Source: Octopus vulgaris
Taxonomy: Eukaryota
Reading direction: 5' to 3'
Assembly: GCA_951406725.2 (NCBI GenBank)
Contig: OX597821.1
Span: 103,292,001 to 103,356,000, forward strand
Length of the DNA: 64,000 nt
The position numbers and the translations under genes are program-made. Positions 14,176 through 26,152 of this stretch are shown piece after piece (the first letter of the stretch is position 1; each line of letters begins with the position of its first letter). The notes beneath the pieces were generated by a model. The model saw only the letters and a list, made by a program, of their open reading frames with translations. It ran no database searches and was not told where the DNA came from.

Positions 14176-15314
14176 TATGCACATAGACATATAGATATAT
14201 GTGTGTGTTTGTACCTGTGATTGGGGAAAACAGCGTCACCCGGGTTGTGCTTGCTACTGAATGTGGTTTACGACGTACTTCTACGTCATCATTCACCCCA
14301 GATACTGAACAGACATTTATGTCTCGAATCCTATTATTCACAGGACCGGTTACCAGGTTTCCCTAGTTTATAAGCGACCCAGATCAAAACATGAACCTTG
14401 AACAGAACGCCGGTTAATGGCAGGCTTTCATTCATTTACTGCTGAATGGATGGGAGCACAACGTGAAATTACTAGTTCTACTGAAGAACACAACACAACA
14501 CACTTCCCGATCCAGAAATCGAAACTACGACCTTGTAGTCGCGACGAAAGAGATCAAAATGTGATCTCCGAACGAAATACCAGTCGGTCTCACGGTGACT
14601 TATTTACACTTGACTTTTCTGGATCAACGTGAAATGACGCGTTTGCAGAAGGATGCAAAAGACCGCACGGTTCGGGAATTGAAACTCCGATCTTGAAGTC
14701 GTGAGTGGCACTCTCTAACCAATAGACCATGTGCCCTAAACTTCTTTCAGACAGTGTAGCTGCGGTTTATGGCGAAGTAATTCTTCTGAAATTGGAAATG
14801 AGTTAACCAAGAAACATGAAGCTAAGATCATCTCATATTACTATATAGCGTTGTGCTATTATTGTAGAGGTTAGGTATCGCAGAAATATATATTCTGGCG
14901 GAACATAAATCATCGTTAGTTAAGTATACCCGGTGATATAATGGAGTCTTCCATATCTCTCCTGATACAATCCTGATATATGCAACTAACAACGCAACAG
15001 CTTCATCTCAATGAAATATCTGTAACAATTTATGTAACAGCTTGTCTTAAAGTCCTCTGTCAAACTACGGTTATCATCGGAAGATAGTCACTACTTAAAA
15101 ATATCTATTATTCGTTGTCTTAAGTGACAAGTTCTGTTGTCTCTGACCACTGGGTTTCGAAATACACCAGTCATATGGAATGTAGAAATCTATACAGACA
15201 CTGCATGTGCGATTAAGTAATACATGCATATACACGAGAGCACAAACACAAGCGTGTATACATGCTAATCATGATGCAGCCTATGAGATACATAGGAGTC
15301 CTGCTATGATACGT

Positions 15315-15468
15315 GTATACATACATACATACATACATGCATACATACATACATACATACATACATACATACATACATACATACATACACACATACATAC
15401 ATACATACATACATACATACACACATACGATACATATATACATACATATATACATGCATACATACACA

Positions 15469-15502
<34 letters not shown>

Positions 15503-15644
15503 CATACATGCACGCATACATACATACATACACATACATGCATACATACATACATAGATACATACATACATACATATATACATACATACATACACACATA
15601 CATACATACACATACATACATGCATACATACGTACATAGATACA

Positions 15645-15678
<34 letters not shown>

Positions 15679-16002
15679 CATACATACATACATACACACA
15701 TACATACATACATGCATACATACATAGATACATACATATATACATACATACACACATACATACATACATACACACACACATACAAACACATATACATACA
15801 TACACACACATACATACATACATGCATACATACATACGCATACATACATGCATACATACATACATACATACACACACATACATACATACAATATACATAC
15901 ATACATACACACACACACACATACATACATACATACATATATACATACGTACATACATACATACATATATACATACGTACATACATACATATATACATAC
16001 AT
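15315..16002. repeat. Long imperfect (TACA)n microsatellite
   Basis: Directly visible. Confidence 0.96.
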
Positions 16003-16211
16003 ACTAGGAAATGGACGCGTGGCTTTCAACTAAATAATAGTAAATAATACATAGGACACACACATACACATATACGTATGCATATATGGATACATGACGT
16101 CACCATGTACCACGCCCTCGCTTTGTTGTTTTTTTTCCTTGTGTTTCTTCTTTTTTGGGGATTTACTATATATATATGTGTGTGTGTGTGTGTGTTGTAG
16201 ATATACACAGA

Positions 16212-16385
16212 CACGAGTAAGCGCATAAATGCCAAAGGTGTAAAAATAGTACCTGAATACCCAACATAAGGTAATAAGCTTAGATCAAAGCTACGAAATT
16301 TGAATATTCAACACGACTGTCCGACGAATGCGAACGTGAAAGTCTGAGTTACTGTTTTCTAAAAAATTTTGCAGCTTTAATAAAA
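16212..16385 (+). mobile_element. Diverged fold-back hammerhead element (family H1)
   Basis: The left part is the reverse complement of the H1 tail. Plus-strand core CCGACGA(16321)-atgcgaacgt-GAAA(16338)-gtctgag-TT-actg. Confidence 0.65.
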
Positions 16386-16790
16386 GTGGCTCTGTGGTAA
16401 GTAGGTTGTTTACCAAACACATGGTTCTGAGTTCATTCCGACTGCGTGGCACCTTGGGCAAGTGTCTTCTATTATAGACTCGGGCCGACCAAAGCCTTGT
16501 GAGTGGATTTGGTAGACAGGAAGTGAAGGAAGCCCGTCGTATGTATGTATAGATATATATGTATGTTTGTGTATATGTTTGTGTGTCTGTGTTTGTCCCC
16601 CCAACATCGCTTGACAACCGATGCTGGCGTGTTTGCGTCCCCGTAACATAGCGATTCGGCAAAAGAAACCGATAGAATATGTACTGGGCTTACAAAGAAT
16701 AAGTCCTGGGTCGATTTGGTCGACTAAAGGCAGTGCTCCAGCATGGCAGCAGTCAAATGACTGAAACCAGTAAAAGAGTAAAAGAAAATG
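16386..16790 (+). mobile_element. SINE family B, full length
   Basis: Head, CORE-like segment, internal TA/TG repeat and GTAAAAGA tail are all present. Confidence 0.92.
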
Positions 16791-17350
16791 AACGCAGTTA
16801 ATTCTAATTTTGAGATACACTTTTGGGTCTGTATGAATATATGGTACCTTATCAAGTACATACATACATACATACTTACGTACACACCCACAAATATATG
16901 TATTTATATATATATACATACATACATATATGGATATATATACATACACATACACGTTTTTGTATGTATATCTATCTATTCCCACTTTGTATATACACAC
17001 ACACATTCAACACCAATACCATACCCCGCGCGCATACACAAGTACTCACCATGACAGTTCATAGAAAAACAAATACAAACTTGAGTCTCAACCGCTATTT
17101 ACATTTCGATTGTGCCTTCAACATTCGGCAGACATAAGCCAGAACTGCAACACTGGCATTCATAAATTAAACGTAATGATAGAAAAGTCCAGACGTATAG
17201 GCCTGATTAACCATATAGATTATCTTTAAACATGATAATTTCATACCATTAATAGCTATGTTCAACTGTCTAAGGAGAGCTTTGATCCAAACCGACGTCT
17301 ATTTGAATTTCGGTGTCTGTTCTGTTAGTGCAGTGCGATGTATGTATGTA

Positions 17351-17384
<34 letters not shown>

Positions 17385-17393
17385 GGAGAGTGT

Positions 17394-17429
<36 letters not shown>

Positions 17430-17592
17430 GAAAGAAAGAAAGAAAGAAAGAAAGAGAAAGAGTGTATTATCTATTGTCGAAATTGTAGATGTCTAAAATG
17501 GTATTAAACAAAATAAATAAAGAAAAAAAGAAATAGAAGACTTATGTATGTGTATGTCTGTGTATGTCTGTGTGTGAGTGTACATACATACA

Positions 17593-17628
<36 letters not shown>

Positions 17629-17732
17629 TATATTTATATACACACACATACATATATATATATATATATTTATATACACACACATACACACACACACATA
17701 TATAAAAGAGAATATGTATATATATATATATA

Positions 17733-18020
17733 CTTTATTTTAAGCAGCAGAAAATTCAACAAAATCTGTTACTCTGAGTTTCTCGTTGCCGTTCATCAGA
17801 CAGTTTTTGCTAGAATGGAACATATATATTAATTCAAACATATATATTAATTCAATATATATGTTCCATTCTAGCAAAAACTGTCTGATGAACGGCAACG
17901 AGAAACTCAGAGTAACAGATTTTGTTGAATTTTCTGCTGCTTAAAATAAAGCATATTACTCTACCACTGGTATTTGAGTACTCTTTTTTCCACCTTGTTT
18001 CACATTTATGTGTTTACTCC

Positions 18021-18022
<2 letters not shown>
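17733..18022 (+). mobile_element. Fold-back hammerhead-bearing element (family H1), best-preserved copy, inserted in (TA)n
   Basis: Perfect ~98-bp inverted repeat 17733-17830 / 17854-17951 plus a ~70-bp unpaired tail, flanked by TA repeats. Confidence 0.9.
17876..17923 (+). ncRNA. Minimal type-I hammerhead ribozyme motif (mirror copy on - strand at 17761-17808)
   Basis: Helix I aaaaactgt/acagatttt; CTGATGA 17885-17891; short helix II cg-gcaa-cg; GAAA 17902-17905. Near loop-less helix III A-ctc-a-gag-T; cleavage triplet GTA 17912-17914. Confidence 0.75.
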
Positions 18023-18070
<48 letters not shown>

Positions 18071-18467
18071 CGCACACACACACATATATAAATATGAATG
18101 TATGTGTATGTGTATGTGTGTGTTTGCGTATACAACCTTTTTCATTGGAGTATGTGCGTGTATTAGTAGCCTTTAAATAGTTCTTGTAGCTGACTGCAGC
18201 AAGTTTACTTCCGACCATAGTTTAGTAACCTTGGTATATATGGGGGTATATGGAGATATACGTTTCCGTCTATATGTATACATATACGCATGCGCACACA
18301 CAAATACACCTATCTCTCTCTGTTTGTGTATGTATATATGTGTGTGTATAAATATACACAGACAGAGAGGGAGAAGCAGAGAAAGCGACAAAGAGAGAAG
18401 GGAACTGAGATAAACGGGGAGGGGACAAATATATATTTATCTATCACACATACCCGCGCTTCCCCAC

Positions 18468-18504
<37 letters not shown>

Positions 18505-18507
<3 letters not shown>

Positions 18508-18893
18508 TTTTCTACTCAAAGCACAAGGTCCGAAAATTTGGGGGAGGGGGGCCAGTCGATTAGATCGACCCCAGTACGTAAATGCTACTTAATTTACCGA
18601 TCCTGAAAGGATGAAAAGCAAAATCGACCTCGGCGGAATTTGAACCCAGAACGAGACAGACGAAATACCTATTTTTTTTACTACCCACAAGGGGCTAAGC
18701 ACAAAGAGGACAAACAAACGGATTAAGTCGATTATATCGACCCCAGTGCGTAACTGGTACATATTTAATCGACCCCGAAAGGATGAAAGGCAAAGTCGAC
18801 CTCGGCGGAATTTGAACTCAGAACGTACCGGCAGACGAAATACCACTAAGCATTCTGCCCGCTGTGCTAACGTTTCTGTCAGCTCGCCGCCTT
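18505..18893 (-). mobile_element. SINE family A, two-unit (dimer-like) copy
   Basis: Two tandem 'ggatgaaaggcaaagtcgacctcggcggaatttgaac'-type bodies, ending in cagctcgccgcc (head on - strand). Confidence 0.88.
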
Positions 18894-18897
18894 CCCC

Positions 18898-18970
<73 letters not shown>

Positions 18971-19139
18971 ATGTATATATTTATATATATATACTCATAA
19001 ACTCATAAACAAGCGTAAACAAGAGAGACAGAGATAGGCAGGAACAAGGAAATGCCCCTTGTATTTGAATACTATGCAAATATTCCTTTGAAAAAATTTT
19101 CTTTTAATTTTTCTAAAACTTAATTGCTTTTCGTTCTTA

Positions 19140-19174
19140 CAGTTGAAAAGTCTCAATGACTGAAACCGGTACTG
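19140..19174 (+). ncRNA. Degenerate minimal hammerhead-like motif (unrelated to H1)
   Basis: cag-TTGAAAA-gtc-tcaat-gac-t-GAAA-CCGG-TA-ctg: helix I cag/ctg and palindromic helix III ACCGGT. The core box is mutated. Confidence 0.45.
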
Positions 19175-19258
19175 AAATGTTTTTTTATCAGATTATTTTA
19201 GCATTTTCTATCTTGACTTTCTGCCATATATATCAACTTGTGTGTTACTTTTCAACCT

Positions 19259-19361
<103 letters not shown>

Positions 19362-19398
19362 ACACACACATACACACACACGCAGATATAAATATATA

Positions 19399-19621
19399 CA
19401 GAGTGTTCGCAAAGTCTCTCCGCAGTAAGTATTTAATGGTTTTCGGGCGATTCTTGTACACTTGCTCCCTAGAAAAAAAATTTCTGGCAGTGTTAAATCA
19501 GGTGATCTTGGTGGCCTAAGTTCCTTCAAAATAATCCGTTCACCGAAAAACTCTTAAAGTAGCGCCATGGTGATGCGCAGGATGAAAAAGTTCACTGTGG
19601 AGAGACATTTTGAATACCCTG
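19399..19621 (-). mobile_element. Internally deleted Tc1/mariner-superfamily element (223 bp)
   Basis: Imperfect TIRs cagagtgttcgcaaagtctctccgcagt / actgtggagagacattttgaataccctg with TA flanks. Minus strand encodes PPRSPDLTLPEIFFLG (WPPRSPDLxPxDFFLWG motif). Confidence 0.85.
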
Positions 19622-19893
19622 TATATTGCACCTCTGTTAAATAGGTACAGAGATAGACGTGTGGAGAGGTTTGATCGTCTTGTGCTGAAGGGTTACATGC
19701 TGTGAATATTTCAGGACTTGGTGGTTATGAGTTTACAAAAATATGGGTAACACCAGGCGTGGAGGGCAGTAAGTTGGCGTTACCTTGGTCGAAGTGAAAC
19801 ACAAGTCAACTTGAAAGAGTAGAGGCCACTTCGATAGTTGGAGCAGGAAAGTCGGCATATCTCGCATCACGTCTATGTAACTGAGCCAATTAG

Positions 19894-19894
19894 T

Positions 19895-19949
<55 letters not shown>

Positions 19950-20026
19950 GCCACAATCACCGCAACCACTACTGCTTCTGTTATTTCTACCACCACCATA
20001 ACCACCTCACCTTCACCGCTACTAAA

Positions 20027-20104
<78 letters not shown>
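19894..20104. repeat. (CTA)n/(CAC)n microsatellite
   Basis: Directly visible. Confidence 0.93.
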
Positions 20105-20105
<1 letters not shown>

Positions 20106-21006
20106 GAGGTCATTTAGTCGAGCGTTCCTTCAGTGAAGAGGCCTGTGGTGTCTGTAGACATAGCACCGATCAACATTTGGGAACAGTGCATTATTGAGGG
20201 CCACAGTTGAGCTTTTGAGGGTTTTACTATTGGTTGAAATCTGAAATGTATTCTTTACTTGAAGATATGGACTAGGTTTTGAAATGCTATTCTGATATAC
20301 TCTCAGAATAGAAAGGGCTTGAATTTGTGAGGATCGTAGAGCTTCTAGAAGGGATCTACTGAGACTGAAATGAGCTATGGGTGGTAATAGCTTGAGGGTG
20401 CGTACAATGATTACTTCTCTGTGCTTTTGAAGGAATCAAAACTGGCGTGTCCCCAATGGAGGATACCTTCGACGTTTCCTTTCATAAACAGAATAGTAAC
20501 CATGGTCAGTTAATAGAATAATAAACTAAGAACATCAACAGAAAACAAAACAAATAAAAACACACACAGAAGCGATACTGTCATGGAAGTGTACGTCAGT
20601 ATCATATTATCAATAATGAAAGAGGCGATATCGCAATAAATACCAGTAAAGTAAGAGGCTATATTAATATTATCAATAAGTGTTTCATGATAAGCATTAA
20701 TATCAGTGAAGAGGAGAAAACTATAAAAGGAATATAAAATATAGGAAATATGACGAAGCGTACACAGTTCACAAGATGTTAAACGAATAGATTCTGTTTA
20801 TGTTCAGTGCAATGTTTGCACTGCAATACAAATATATATAGCAACCATTTTGAATGAGGCTGTGCGGTTGTTTGAATTAGAAAACATAAGACTGAGCTCT
20901 TTTTCTCCGCTCCCTTTCTCTCGGATATCCTTCTCTAAAATCCGCTGTACTTATTTTCTACTGTTAGATAAAAAGCGAAAAGCATACGTTATGAAATGAA
21001 GCCATA

Positions 21007-21632
21007 CACACACACACTTCTATATTAACCATTATATTCACACAAAGATATACGAACGCGCGTACACACATATATATACATACAAAGGCACATACGCACA
21101 CACATATGCATATAAAGATATATACAAACTCTCACACAGTCAAGCAGGCATGCACATACAAACACACACATATATATACATACACACACAAATATATTCT
21201 TTTCTACTCTAGGCGCAAGGTCCGGAATTTTTGGGAAGAGGGCCAGTCGATTAGACCGACCCCAGTACACAACTGGTACTTAAATTATCGACCCCGAAAG
21301 GATGAAAGGTAAAGTCAAACTCGAAAGTAACAGCTGGCGAAATACCTCGCCCGGTGTGATAACGTTTCTTATTTCTTTATTGCCCACACACACACACACA
21401 CTTCTATATTAACCATTATATTCACACAAAGATATACGAACGCGCGTACATACATATATGCATACAAAGGCACCTATGCACGCACATATGCATATACAGA
21501 TATATACAAACACTCACACATTCAAGCATGCATACACATACAAACACACACATATATATACATACACACACAAATATATTCTTTTCTACTCTATGCGCAA
21601 GGTCCGAAATGTTTGGGAAGGGGGCCAGTCGA
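21007..21632. repeat. Local tandem duplication (~383-bp period) including the SINE A tail
   Basis: 'cacacacacacttctatattaaccattatattcacacaaagatatacgaacgcgcgtaca...' occurs at ~21007 and ~21390 with some divergence. Confidence 0.85.
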
Positions 21633-22075
21633 AAGGACAAACAAGGACAGACAAACGGATTAAGTCGATTATATCGACATCAGTGCATAACTGGTACTTA
21701 TTTAATCGACCCCGAAAGGATGAAAGGCAAAGTCGACCTCGGCGGAATTTGAACTCAGAACGTAAAGTGAGACGAAATACCTATGTTTTTACTACCCAGA
21801 TGGGGCTAAACACAGAAAGGACAAACATGGACAGACAAATGGATTAAGTCGATTATATCGATCCCAGTAACTGGTACTTATTTAATCGACCCCAAAAGGA
21901 TGAAAGGCAAAAATCGACCTCGGAGAAATTTGAACTCAGAACGTAACGGCAGACAAAATACCTGCAAGGGGCTAAACACAGACAGGACAAACAATTTGAA
22001 CTCAAAACGTAACGGCAGATGAAATACCGCTAAGCATTTCGCCCGGCGTGTTAACGTTTCTGCCAGCTCGCCGTT
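21578..22075 (-). mobile_element. SINE family A multimer (about 3 head-to-tail internal units)
   Basis: Repeated 'ggattaagtcgattatatcga...ggatgaaaggcaaa...aatttgaactcagaacgta' blocks; single head cagctcgccg at ~22064-22073. Confidence 0.85.
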
Positions 22076-22084
22076 TACGCACAC

Positions 22085-22480
22085 GCTCTTTTACTCTTTT
22101 GCTCTTTTAATTGTTTCAGTTATTTGACTACGGCCATGCTGGAGCAACGCCTTTAGTCGAGCAAATGGACCCCAGGACTTATACTTTGTAAGCCTAATAC
22201 TCATTCTATCGGTTACTTTTGCCGAACCTCTAAGTTACGGGGACGTAAATACACCAGCTGGGGGGGGGGACAATCACAAATACACAAACATACAAACACA
22301 CACACACACAAACACACACACATATATATATATATATATATGTATACGACGGGCTTCTTTCAGTTTTCGTCTAGCTGAGGCTATAGTATAAGACACATGC
22401 CCAAGGTGCCACGCAGCGGGACTGAACCCGGAACCATGTGGCTGGTAAGCAAGCTACTTACCACACAGCCACTCCTGCGT
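22085..22480 (-). mobile_element. SINE family B
   Basis: Reverse complement of the family B consensus with internal deletions. Confidence 0.9.
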
Positions 22481-22481
22481 C

Positions 22482-22573
<92 letters not shown>

Positions 22574-22579
22574 TGTATG

Positions 22580-22628
<49 letters not shown>

Positions 22629-22851
22629 CGTATATATATCCTGCTAACTCCCCACCTCCTGTACAATTGTTACAATGGTTGCTAATATTGATGAAAGTAA
22701 CAATTCGTTTAAATCGACTCTGAAACTTGATTGGTGCTTACGGAAATCAAAAGTCAAAAGTTACCGAATTATTTGCCTGTAAAGTAAACATTCCGTACCA
22801 TTTTCTCCCATGTTTTCCGCCTATTCCTTCTCCTCCTTCCTCCTATACCTT

Positions 22852-22908
<57 letters not shown>

Positions 22909-24179
22909 CGCCCTTATATTTTAATTATATTAAGAATAATTAAATTTGCTTAAAATTTGAAGAGCAATTAATATTTTCTTTCCAATTTTTAAAAACTTTT
23001 TCATTGTTTGTTTTGCTTTCTATTATCATTTCAGTTTTCTTTTTATACTTTCTGTCATAAACGAAATCATGTATTAAGTATTATGTAACTCTTCAGCGAA
23101 TGAAATTAAGAAATTAAACAGGAAATTGTATGACAATCCTTAGATTACCAATATTTGGAGAGAAGATTCTTTTCTGAAAGAACAATGAATATCAACCTCA
23201 ACTGTATTTATTCTTGGTCTCTTCTCTTGAACTACGTAGATTATTTTTAGCTGTAAACACGTTTAAAAATTTCCTTCTGCTCTGAATGATAAATTTTGAA
23301 AGTTGTGCAATAACAACATTGGAAACCTGACGAGGAAAAGCAATAAAGTGTGAAAGAGAATACAAATAAAAGCAAAAATATATAGAGAGTAAATATTGAA
23401 CAAAACCCATAATATTTGAAAAGAAAAGAATATGCAATCATTTTGACTATACATATATTATTCTGAACCGAAAACGGAAGTCTCTGACGTTTGGAACGTA
23501 AAATAGAGATTTATAAAGTTCGGGTCAAAGATATTACTCGTGTTATGTTATGTGTGCTTGCGGGAGGCAACTGGCAAGACTTTCTATAATAACCTCTACA
23601 ATGTGTTGTCAAAAATATGGCTCGTATAGTGAACAATTGCAGAAAAGAAACTTCCGGTACATTCAGGAAAAAAATGGCTGCATTAATTAGATAACTAGAT
23701 TACAATAGATGTAGAGACATGTACACAGACACACAGATATTGTATACATAGGTTTTGTTTTCCGCTCTCGTGTACATTCTCTCTCACATCCATGTTAATA
23801 TAAATATACAAGTAGGAGACAGAGATAGACAGACCTGAAGCAAACCTGAAGAAGAGAGAGAAGGTTATTGATGAGGTCGCGATGGCGACAAAAGGACTTT
23901 GTCAAACCTAGCTATATTTTGATCTTTATTTGCATTCATAGCCTCTCTGGTCGCTAACCGTGAGCTATACAGAAACTTTCAGCTTATCGAATTTCCTTGT
24001 AACTTCGATATGGCAAAGAGTGTGTGACCTTCGACACCAATAAATTGTTATTGTTCCTGACTGTACGCTGTAGAATTTTTGTTTTCTATACCTGCCATGG
24101 ACTGCATGAATCTTTCGAACTTCCTACACTTGGATCCCCGGATATCAATATATATATAAATATCAATATATATATATAG

Positions 24180-24548
24180 TTAGAATTTACAAAAAAAATA
24201 AAAAAATAAAAGACGGGTGTGTAAACAACAAATAGATGTATTAATTTAATGCTCGGGAAGTGAGAAAGTATTTTACGTTTCGACAGAAAGAACACAGAAA
24301 TAAACGGAGAGAAAATAGAAAAAGGTGTAATGGCTAGCGATCTATCATGGCGAATGTCGGACAGAGGGGTCACACAGAAGGGTTAGGAAGAAGGGGAGAT
24401 TAATAAAGTAATGGTGATCACAAAACGAAGGTGCGCGTGCATGTGTATGTGAGATGGTGTAGGTGCAGGGAAGTAGTCAGTGCTAGTGAGTGAGCTGGTG
24501 TGGTGTGGTATGGTGGTGTTTGGTGTGGTGGTGTTTGGTTGTGGAGGA

Positions 24549-24550
<2 letters not shown>
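24180..24550. mobile_element. TA-embedded interspersed repeat (family G, putatively Penelope pLTR-derived)
   Basis: Shares 'aaatagatgtatta...gctcgggaagtg...acgtttc...ggctagcgatctatcat' with 35682-35878; flanked by TA repeats. Confidence 0.6.
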
Positions 24551-24584
<34 letters not shown>

Positions 24585-24659
24585 TCTACAACAATTAGAT
24601 CTCTACTCTAATGCAGCTCCCGGTTCACTTTATATCATATATAGGACAAAGAACAGCGG

Positions 24660-24965
24660 TTATGAATGACCATGAGGTTGCACCTTGATAGTTACCCTCC
24701 GAGGCATAAGACCGGGCAAGGTTGTTTATGGAAGGCCATCAGTCGTCCATGCATACCAGCCTCCACTCTCCACGCCACCGATGTTGTCTAAGGAAGAGGC
24801 AAAGGCCGATGCAATTTGGCACCAGTGACGTCGCAACTCATTTCTACGTGAAATAAAGTGTCTTGTTCAAGAACACAACACACAGCTCGGTCCGAGAATC
24901 GAACTCAGAATCCTAGGATTGTGAACCCGACGCTCTAACAACTACAACTGGACCATGCTCCTTCC
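24660..24965 (-). mobile_element. SINE family C
   Basis: Reverse complement of 44101-44435. Confidence 0.82.
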
Positions 24966-25113
24966 CACACAAACACACACATACACACACACACATTCAC
25001 ATGCACATACGTTTTGCTCGTGATTGCGTATGTGCATATAATTGTTTTTTTTTTTATATTTTGTTCACCAAACGTCGCTCATGGAGTTATAAATTCATAG
25101 GTTTATGTATATA

Positions 25114-25496
25114 CTAGCAGTATCGCCCGGCGTTGCTCAGGTTTGTAAGGGAAATAACTATAAAGCATTTTTAGAGAGTTATAGCCAAAAAATAGCAAAA
25201 AAATGGAAAAAAAATGATGGTAAATTTTTTTTGAGAGTTAAAAAAGTTAGAGTTGCGTCCCCTAGACGGTCTGTGGTTTGGGTTTCTAATTCTCGACCCC
25301 ATGTCGAATTTATCGATTTTTTTCAGAACTGGGGGAACTTTTCAAAATTTTCGCTGCGTTAGTTTTGAATTATGACATTGGGCTATGTGTGTGTCAAGTT
25401 TCATCAGAATCGGTTGAAAGCCGTGGTCAGAGTGAGGGTACGAGAAAACAGACACACAGAAACACGCACAGACAAACTGCCGTTTATATAGAGAGA
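25114..25496 (-). mobile_element. Non-autonomous Helitron (383 bp)
   Basis: On the - strand it starts TC (TCTCTCTATATAAA) and ends CTAG, inserted between A and T. GC-rich subterminal hairpin cctgagcaacgccggg about 11 nt before the end; no TSD. Confidence 0.88.
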
Positions 25497-25645
25497 TATG
25501 CATTTTCTTCTGTGAATCTTGTGAAGTCATGAATGCGTGCAATGTACATACATCTATATAAGAAAGGAATCTACGTTTATAGGGGCGTATGTCCTTTTTT
25601 TTTATAATGTTCATATAATGCATATAGACGGTATTCAAAGAAGAA

Positions 25646-25879
25646 TAAGGCAGCGAGCTGGCAGAAACGGTAGCACGCCGGGCGAAATGCTTAGCGGTAT
25701 TTCGTCTGCCACTACGTTTTGAGTTCAAATTCCGCCGAGGTCGACTTTGCCTTTCATCCTTTCGGGGTCGATAAATTAAGTACCGGTTACGCACTGGGGT
25801 CGATGTAATCGACTTAATCCGTTTCTCTGTCTTTGTTTGTCCCCTATGTGTTTAGCCTCTTGTGGGTAGTAAAGAAATA
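25646..25879 (+). mobile_element. SINE family A, complete, with 16-bp target-site duplication
   Basis: GGTATTCAAAGAAGAA at 25630-25645 and 25880-25895; A box gctggcagaaacgg, B box gagttcaaattcc. Confidence 0.95.
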
Positions 25880-25929
25880 GGTATTCAAAGAAGAACTTAT
25901 TCACTTTGGAGGGGTGGCAGTGTGAGTGG

Positions 25930-26152
25930 TGGGGTCGTGCTTAAAATTTCAAAGTATGAATTGTTATTTGTGCATACAGGGGTAGAAAATTTCCTTTCTA
26001 ATGTTTAAAATGTTCACTGTTGATGTTATGATATTTAGTTTTTCGGTGATGCAGGGCTCGCATTTACTTCTCTGTCCCCTGTATTTGGTGGCCTTAGCTA
26101 TAATGGTCCAGTTTATGTGGGAGGGCTTCTCACTCGTTCATCTTTAAGTACC
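25930..26152 (-). mobile_element. Penelope-like element fragment (C-terminal part of GIY-YIG domain)
   Basis: Minus strand: SHINWTIIAKATKYRGQRSKCEPCITEKLNIITSTVNILNIRKEIFYPCMHK. Same W-I...CxxCxxEK...LNxRxE...CxH type pattern as the end of the 2608-3490 element. Confidence 0.8.

Noticed and set aside
16291-17006. Recurring peptides such as '[18 protein letters not shown]' and '[18 protein letters not shown]'
   Set aside because: These are reading frames through SINE family B, not a Cys-rich gene family.
19700-20480. Possible highly decayed PLE/GIY-YIG coding remnant on the - strand
   Set aside because: No diagnostic motif could be read with confidence.
23870-23910. TTGATGA-ggtcgc-gatg-gcgac-AAAA hammerhead-like string (and CTGAAGA...GAAA on - strand at ~23045-23097)
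   Set aside because: Helix III or helix I cannot be formed and the core boxes are incomplete; too weak to call.
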